From: a virus | Taxonomy: Duplodnaviria > Heunggongvirae > Uroviricota > Caudoviricetes | Direction: 5' to 3' (one strand) | Length of the DNA: 43,864 nucleotides | Virus record (IMG/VR): IMGVR_UViG_2711768005_000008 | In this document: in pieces, positions 38,227-43,864 of the stretch | Layout of the letters: every line of letters begins with the position of its first letter | Numbering within the stretch: the first letter of the stretch is position 1 | Translations under genes and position numbers: made by a program | The notes under the pieces: model-generated | What the model was told of the DNA's origin: nothing | Databases searched by the model: none | Seen by the model: the letters and a program-made list of their open reading frames with translations, nothing else

Positions 38227-38427
38227 ATGTATCGAAACATACGGTGCCGACATTGTAACAAGCTACTGGCACGAGCCAGCTTCAGTTATCTGGAAGTTAA
38301 ATGTCCGCGCTGTAAAACCCTCAATCAAATCACATCTCAGAGCGCCACAGAGCACCCCACATACACAAGGAAATCCTGTCGTGGGGAACAGAAAGCAAGT
38401 TACATCCCGTATCATCAGCACGCCTGA
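38227..38427 (+). CDS. com: Com-like zinc-finger translational activator of mom
   Basis: [10 protein letters not shown]...EVKCPRCK with the same C4 arrangement as Mu Com; overlaps the mom 5' end. Confidence 0.7.
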   Translation: MYRNIRCRHCNKLLARASFSYLEVKCPRCKTLNQITSQSATEHPTYTRKSCRGEQKASYIPYHQHA

Positions 38428-39118
38428 ACTTATTCACTATAACGACAATATCGTCGGTTATGGCTCCCGTGAGTTACGGGTTGAGACAATAAGTTGCTGG
38501 CTGGCCCGGCTGGTCGTCGTCAATAAACATTACAGCCATCGTTTCGTAAATAATTCCTACCTTCATCTGGGCATATTTTCAGAACGGGAGCTGGTTGGCG
38601 TAATGCAATGGGGTTATGCCCTTAATCCAAACAATGGTGCACGCGTCGTAACTGGCACGCAGAACCGCGAATATATGGAGCTTAACCGGTTATGGCTGCA
38701 TGACTGTATGCCGAGAAACTCCGAATCAAGGGCAATCAGTTACGCGCTCAAACTAATCAGACAACTTTATCCGCAGGTGCAGTGGGTTCAGTCGTTTGCA
38801 GATGAGCGTTGTGGCTGTCTTGGTGTCGTGTACCAGGCAAGCAATTTTGATTATGTAGGCAGTCATGAAACAACATTCTATGAACTTGATGGCGAGTGGT
38901 ATCACGAGATTTGCAAGAATGCAATCAAACGAGGAGGACAGCGAGGTGAACATCTGCGGGCTAATATCGACAGAGCCAGTGTTCATAAATTCCGTCAGTT
39001 TCGTTACATCCGGTTTCTGGACAAGAGAGCCAGAAAACGCCTTAACACAAAGCTATTCAAAGTCCAGCCTTACCCAAAACCACAAACAGTTAAAACTGGT
39101 TTGAAAGAGAGTGAATGA
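38381..39118 (+). CDS. mom: Mom-like DNA modification protein (start codon uncertain; frame open from 38186, GTG 38381 proposed)
   Basis: Last gene before the right end, overlapped by com, preceded by the GATC cluster. Confidence 0.6.
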   Translation: MGNRKQVTSRIISTPELIHYNDNIVGYGSRELRVETISCWLARLVVVNKHYSHRFVNNSYLHLGIFSERELVGVMQWGYALNPNNGARVVTGTQNREYMELNRLWLHDCMPRNSESRAISYALKLIRQLYPQVQWVQSFADERCGCLGVVYQASNFDYVGSHETTFYELDGEWYHEICKNAIKRGGQRGEHLRANIDRASVHKFRQFRYIRFLDKRARKRLNTKLFKVQPYPKPQTVKTGLKESE

Positions 39119-39163
39119 ACGCTTAAAAACTCATTCTAAAACTCAAAAGAAAAGCGCCGATTT

Positions 39164-39229
39164 AGTATCAAATAAGTTGCGTATCGGCGTTTTTCAGCGG
39201 TATCAAATGAAATGCAAATCGGTATCAAA
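39164..39229 (-). repeat. Right-end (attR-like) repeats: inverted copies of the left-end motif (AGTATCAAA 39164-39172; CGGTATCAAA 39198-39207 and 39220-39229)
   Basis: Reverse complements of TTTGATACCG clustered within 65 bp after mom. Confidence 0.5.
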
Positions 39230-39336
39230 AAAATCGCCGCGCTATAGACAGCCTAAGCGGCTGCTGACCTCCCTGACCATGCTGTAAATCTCTTTATCCT
39301 GGTTGTCACAGAATAAGCCCGGTAAAATACGGGCTT

Positions 39337-39795
39337 ATGAACGACATCTCTTCTGACGACATCTTCCTGCTGAAACAGCGCCTTGCCGAACGTCAGTTGA
39401 AAACGAAACCGCTGCTGAAATCCCTGGAAAGCTGGCTGCGTGAAAAGATGAAAACCCTGTCGCGACACTCAGAACTGGCGAAAGCGTTCGCATATGCCCT
39501 GAACCAGTGGCCGGCGCTGACGTACTATGCAGATGATGGCTGGGCTGAGGCGGACAATAACATCGCTGAAAATGCGTTGCGGATGGTCAGTCTGGGCCGC
39601 AAAAACTACCTGTTCTTCGGTTCGGATCATGGAGGAGAGCGGGGAGCGCTGCTGTACAGCCTGATCGGGACGTGCAAACTGAACGGAGTGGAGCCAGAAA
39701 GCTACCTCCGCTATGTCCTTGACGTCATAGCCGACTGGCCGATAAACCGGGTCGGCGAACTGCTCCCCTGGCGCGTAGCACTGCCGACTGAATAA
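39337..39795 (+). pseudogene. tnpC: IS66-family transposase TnpC, C-terminal fragment only (N-terminal ~two-thirds absent)
   Basis: ...MKTLSRHS.LAKAFAY.L.QW.....Y...GW.E.DNNIAENALR....GRKN.LF.GSD.GGE..A.LYSLIGTC.LN.VEPE..LRYV...I.DWP.NRV..LLPW matches the IS66 TnpC C-terminus. Confidence 0.75.
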
Positions 39796-39797
39796 CA

Positions 39798-39832
39798 CAT
39801 TCCCGTCAATACGGTTCTTGCTGCACGCTTAC
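39798..39832 (+). repeat. Probable IS66 right terminal inverted repeat (ends ...CGCTTAC)
   Basis: IS66-family IRs begin 5'-GTAA (recalled, not checked); the downstream tail-fibre frame is open right up to this point. Confidence 0.4.
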
Positions 39833-41021
39833 GGTAAACACCCCGGAAGTGGTGATGCACACTGTTGCTGATGTGATGACAGGAAACGATGGTGAATACT
39901 GTTTCCATGCGCGGACTGGAAAATATGGTGTGTATCTGAAACCGGGCTGGCACAACGAGTACAACGTTGGCGACATTGCTGTATACGACGACTCAAAGCC
40001 CGGCACGCTGAATGACTTTCTGATTGCTCCTGATGAGGGCGACCTGAAACCGGATGTCGTCAAACGCTTTGAGGAAATGGTGGCGCAGGCGCAGCAGAGC
40101 GCCGGGGCCGCAGCCGGAAACGCACAGCAGACGGCGCAGGATGTGGCGGCAGCCGCAGGTTATGCCCGCGCAGCAGAGCAGGCCAAAAATGACATTGATG
40201 CTGCGCTGACCGGCACTCTGAAAACGGCTAACCATCTGTCTGAAATCGCAGCAGCAGGCGAAAAGGCACAACAGAAGTCCCGGGATAATCTGGGGCTGAA
40301 AAGTGCGGCCACGATGGAAGCACAGAGCGACATTTACGACCGGACAAAAGGCCGTCTGGCGATACCCGGCGCATTCGGCTTTGGGTGTGCTTTTCTGCCT
40401 GAAGATGTTATCCGTTTTGACACTAAGAGTGATTTCCTGGCCTGGGTAAGGAATGCGCTGCCAGGTGAATATTCCGTTGCTGGCCCCTACGACATCATCA
40501 TACCCGACACACGGTTTGAAGGGGTGCTCAGCATCCGGTGGACTGATGCACGCCCTGAGACAACAGAACCGAGGTACAGAGCCAAATCCCTTACTTTTTA
40601 CGGCATTAACGGCCCCATTTATCACACCCGCTACTGCTACTGGCCCATATCCAGACTGACTGGCTGGGTGAAAATAAATATAACCACAGAAGATATTATT
40701 TACAGAATCGTGGCGAGCTCTGTCTGCAACAGATGGGGAGACCCTGACATTGGCGGGCTGATTATTGCTGCGTACCAGGGAGAAGCTGACGGTGATAAAG
40801 TCATCAGACTTGTCAGGGGGCAGTCATACAGAGGCTCACGACTGGGACCGGTGGGGATTTCAGTGCCCAGTACTCCCACCGGAACGTATATAGCATCCCC
40901 ACAATTTTTCATTACGGGATGTTCAGAGCATTCATTACCGGGGTCATATAGCGCCCTGTCCGGGGTGCCGGATGCTCATGTCTCTGGCGCAATGCCCGGG
41001 CTTTTTATTCGCACATCGTGA
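39833..41021 (+). pseudogene. Tail fibre gene, 3' portion (5' part displaced upstream by the IS66/Mu-like insertion)
   Basis: Frame is open from the IS boundary with no plausible native start; Ala/Gln-rich shaft region then a C-terminal globular part; followed by a putative tail-fibre assembly gene. Confidence 0.55.
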
Positions 41022-41031
41022 GGAATGCACC

Positions 41032-41595
41032 GTGGAAATTAAAAAAATCATTAATCCCCGTTATACCGAAAGTGGCGCAGTAGACTGTGACGTTTTTTTT
41101 GACGACAGGGACCAGGCAGTCCCCTACACAGCCACCGCTGATGATGTCGCACCGACGGGTCAGCGAATCTGGCAGGAACTGCAAAGTGGCAAATGGGGTG
41201 AGATAGCCCCATTCACTGTGACACCAGAAATGCTGGAAGCGGCCAGAGAGGCCAGACGTCAGGAAATTGAAGCATGGCGCACAGAACAGGAGGCGAAGCC
41301 GTTCACGTTTGAATGGAATGGTCGTATCTGGAATGCTGGCCCCGACTCACTGGGCCGCCTGTCCCCGGTAGTCATGCTGGCAAAATCTGTCACAGCACAA
41401 ACGCATATGGCGTGGGGTGATGCCGATAATCAGCAGGTGAAACTGTCGATGCCGGAACTGGAAGAACTGGCGGCAGCAATGGTGCAGGCGCAGGTCGATC
41501 GCAACGATGAGATTTATCGCCGTCAGCGTGAAATGAAAGAGGAGCTGAGTGGTCTGGAGGATTTGGGAACAATTAGAGCGTTTGATGTTACGTAA
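41032..41595 (+). CDS. Putative tail fibre assembly / tail-fibre-associated protein (start ambiguous: 40972, 40978 or GTG 41032)
   Basis: Position immediately downstream of the tail fibre; AGGAA before GTG 41032. Confidence 0.45.
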   Translation: MEIKKIINPRYTESGAVDCDVFFDDRDQAVPYTATADDVAPTGQRIWQELQSGKWGEIAPFTVTPEMLEAAREARRQEIEAWRTEQEAKPFTFEWNGRIWNAGPDSLGRLSPVVMLAKSVTAQTHMAWGDADNQQVKLSMPELEELAAAMVQAQVDRNDEIYRRQREMKEELSGLEDLGTIRAFDVT

Positions 41596-41644
41596 TTGGT
41601 AAGCTGCATCGTGTTAAATTGTTACCCTTATTTACAACTAGAAA

Positions 41645-41676
41645 AGCCTCTGACTTCATAATCAGAGGCTTTTTTG
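41645..41676 (+). terminator. Rho-independent terminator (GCCTCTGA-loop-TCAGAGGC followed by TTTTTT)
   Basis: Perfect 8-9 bp stem plus T-tract about 50 bp after the tfa-like stop. Confidence 0.55.
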
Positions 41677-41793
41677 AAATGCACGTGCATTTTGCGTGTA
41701 TATTTTTGTCTTTTTCTGGTCCGCTTACTGTCTGGTCAGTGTCCGTAAGTGACTGTTTTTATAGTCTCTGTCCGGTTGCAGTCCTGTCAAAAG

Positions 41794-42156
41794 TGGTGGA
41801 GCTGGCGGGAGTTGAACCCGCGTCCGAAATTCCTACATCCTCGGTACTACATGCTTAGTCAGTCTTTACATTCGCTTGCCAGCTGCGGACGGACACGCCA
41901 CTAACAAACTAGCCTGATTAAGTTTTAACGCTTCAACCCCAGGCAGGGCTTCCACGCGATCTCTTTTGGGTTTGACCTCTCTTGATCCCCGTCCTAAGAG
42001 CGGAGGCTAGGGAGAGAGGGCTCTAAGCAGGTTATTAAGCTGCTAAAGCGTAGTTTTCGTCGTTTGCGACTATTTTTTGCGGCTTTTTACGAGGCCAACC
42101 GCCCCTCGGCATGCACCTTGGGTTTCGCAAATCCCGTCGAATCCAGAATCAGCCCC
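41794..42156 (-). ncRNA. ssrA: tmRNA (SsrA), 363 nt
   Basis: 5' GGGGCTGATTCTGGATTCGACGGG, tag ORF GCAAACGACGAAAACTACGCTTTAGCAGCTTAA (ANDENYALAA-stop), 3' end ...GGGTTCAACTCCCGCCAGCTCCACCA. Confidence 0.95.
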
Positions 42157-42370
42157 AATGTGTAAAGGTAAGTATACCAGATTTATGAGCGCCATGACCA
42201 GCCTCAATGGCGTTATCGTTAAAGATTTAGCACCCATGTAGCCTGATTTTTATTCGATTAAGCAATGGGATGGCAACATTTGTGTCGGATGTGATAGCCA
42301 ATAAGATGTTCATTCGCGCCGCCGGAGAGGGAGGCGCGGTGAGGAACTGGTCAATAATTGGAGTGCAGGT

Positions 42371-42853
42371 TTAACGGTGGGCGTTTTTCATGATACGTGC
42401 TTTATCCACCTGCCATTCGCGTTCTTTGATATCTGAACGTTTATCGTGCTGTTTTTTACCTTTGGCGACGCCGATTTTCACTTTGCACCAGGCATTTTTC
42501 CAGTACAGGGAGAGCGCCACTACGGTATAGCCTTCTCGATTGACGCGACCGTACAATGAGTCCAGTTCGCGCTGGTTGAGAAGTAACTTGCGGGTACGGG
42601 TAGGATCGCACACCACATGCGTGGAGGCCACGGCCATTGGCGTGATGTTAGCGCCAAACAGAAATGCCTCTCCGTCACGCAGAAGGACGTAGCTGTCGCT
42701 GATATTGGCTTTTCCTGCGCGCAGGGATTTAACTTCCCAGCCTTGCAGGGCAAGTCCCGCTTCGAACTCTTCTTCGATAAAGTATTCGTGACGGGCGCGC
42801 TTGTTAAGCGCGATGGTCGCTGAACCAGGTTTATGTGCTTTTTTCTTCGTCAT
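42371..42853 (-). CDS. smpB: SsrA-binding protein SmpB
   Basis: 160-aa protein [29 protein letters not shown]... in the conserved position upstream of ssrA. Confidence 0.9.
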
Positions 42854-42984
42854 AAGCGTCGTGAATCATCGGTAATCTGAAATCGAAAACACCCCATATC
42901 AATCCTGCGGGGGACAAGGCTCTATCTTAGCATGAACCCGATGTTACCCAGCGCCGGGATAGCGTTTTTTTTACAGCAGGATAA

Positions 42985-43461
42985 ATGATATTATTTGTTG
43001 GATTTTTGTTGATGGAAATAGTTATGCCTCAGATTAGCCGGACCGCACTGGTACCCTACAGCGCGGAGCAAATGTATCAGTTAGTGAATGACGTTCAGTC
43101 TTATCCTCAGTTTTTGCCGGGTTGTACCGGAAGTCGGATTCTGGAGTCCACTCCTGGGCAGATGACTGCGGCGGTAGATGTCTCTAAGGCTGGGATCAGC
43201 AAAACGTTTACTACCCGCAACCAGTTGACCAGTAACCAAAGTATTCTTATGAATCTGGTGGATGGGCCGTTCAAGAAATTGATTGGTGGATGGAAGTTTA
43301 CGCCGCTGAGCCAGGAGGCGTGTCGTATCGAGTTTCATCTCGACTTTGAGTTTACCAATAAGTTGATTGAACTCGCCTTTGGTCGCGTGTTTAAAGAGCT
43401 GGCGTCTAATATGGTCCAGGCTTTTACGGTTCGTGCGAAAGAGGTTTACAGTGCTAGGTAA
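42985..43461 (+). CDS. ratA: Ribosome association toxin RatA (SRPBCC-fold; alternative start ATG 43024)
   Basis: Divergent from smpB as in E. coli; sequence as I recall E. coli RatA/YfjG. Confidence 0.8.
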   Translation: MILFVGFLLMEIVMPQISRTALVPYSAEQMYQLVNDVQSYPQFLPGCTGSRILESTPGQMTAAVDVSKAGISKTFTTRNQLTSNQSILMNLVDGPFKKLIGGWKFTPLSQEACRIEFHLDFEFTNKLIELAFGRVFKELASNMVQAFTVRAKEVYSAR

Positions 43462-43741
43462 AATTGCCGTTGAGGTGGCTTATGCGCTACCTGAGAAGCA
43501 GTACCTGCAGCGCGTGACGCTGCAGGAGGGCGCGACGGTTGAAGAAGCTATTCGCGCCAGTGGCTTGCTGGAATTGCGTACCGATATCGATTTAACTAAA
43601 AACAAAGTCGGCATTTACAGCCGTCCGGCAAAACTAAGCGATAGTGTGCATGATGGCGATCGGGTGGAGATTTATCGCCCTCTCATTGCCGATCCGAAAG
43701 AGCTTCGCAGGCAACGAGCAGAAAAATCAGCGAATAAATAA
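43451..43741 (+). CDS. ratB: RatB (YfjF, RnfH-family); GTG start overlapping the ratA stop
   Basis: 96 aa ...[37 protein letters not shown]...; conserved ratA-ratB pairing. Confidence 0.75.
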   Translation: MLGKIAVEVAYALPEKQYLQRVTLQEGATVEEAIRASGLLELRTDIDLTKNKVGIYSRPAKLSDSVHDGDRVEIYRPLIADPKELRRQRAEKSANK

Positions 43742-43864
43742 CAGACAGAAAAAAGGTGCTCATTGAGCTAATGCCGATCAGTTAAGGATCAGTTGACCGA
43801 TCCAGTGGCTGTGTAAGAATCCGGAAACGCTCACTTGTTTCCGGATTTTTTTATGCACATTGGA

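Larger units (their letters stand above)
620..39250. mobile_element. Mu-like transposable prophage, apparently complete; boundaries approximate (left +/-10 bp, right anywhere 39235-39340)
   Basis: Gene order c(-), ner, A (DDE transposase), B (AAA+), gam, gemA, mor/C, lys, spanins, terL, portal, F, G, I, T, sheath, tube, tape measure, N, baseplate, S, G-segment, gin, com, mom; inverted TTTGATACCG-type end repeats in Mu-like L1/L2/L3 and R1-R3 spacing. Confidence 0.85.

Noticed and set aside
41619-41858. Plus-strand 79-aa ORF overlapping the ssrA 3' end
   Set aside because: Overlaps the tmRNA gene and a terminator hairpin; hydrophobic junk translation.
42985-43741. ratA-ratB as part of the mobile region
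   Set aside because: This pair sits in the conserved chromosomal position divergent from smpB in E. coli; it is core genome, not cargo.
1-43864. CRISPR arrays, rRNA genes, canonical tRNA genes
   Set aside because: No regularly spaced short direct repeats and no rRNA-like sequence were seen; the only tRNA-like element (18070-18150) is incomplete and is reported as a finding rather than a feature.

Overview
This window reads as an E. coli-like chromosomal segment with three nested mobile elements next to the conserved smpB-ssrA-ratA-ratB locus (41.8-43.9 kb). All calls rest on reading the sequence and the ORF track, on motifs and on Mu-like gene order; no database search was run. (1) Left of the ssrA 3' end is a prophage remnant: a 5'-truncated tail-fibre gene and a putative tail-fibre assembly gene. 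(2) That tail-fibre gene is interrupted by an IS66-family element (orf1 and tnpB at 76-626, a C-terminal tnpC fragment at 39337-39795, and a terminal ...CGCTTAC at 39832). (3) The IS66 element is itself split by a ~38.6 kb Mu-like transposable prophage (about 620-39250) that looks structurally complete. Its gene order is c repressor (minus), ner, transposase A, B, a semi-essential early region with gam, gemA-like, one Mor/C activator, SAR-type endolysin, spanins, gp27, large terminase, portal, F, G, I, major head T, sheath, tube, tape measure, N, baseplate genes, tail fibre S, a Gin-type invertible cassette, gin, com and mom. The stretches that look accessory and most worth follow-up are: a 684-aa SASA/SGNH-esterase-like protein (NanS-p-like) plus three small ORFs inserted between gin and com/mom; a 2.6 kb block of uncharacterised early genes including an antisense small gene and a Cys8 microprotein; a tRNA-like structured element between F and G; and a minimal invertible segment carrying only one tail-fibre assembly gene. 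No CRISPR array, rRNA or tyrosine integrase was seen. I could not identify a complete, clearly novel multi-gene system with confidence; the candidates are listed as findings.
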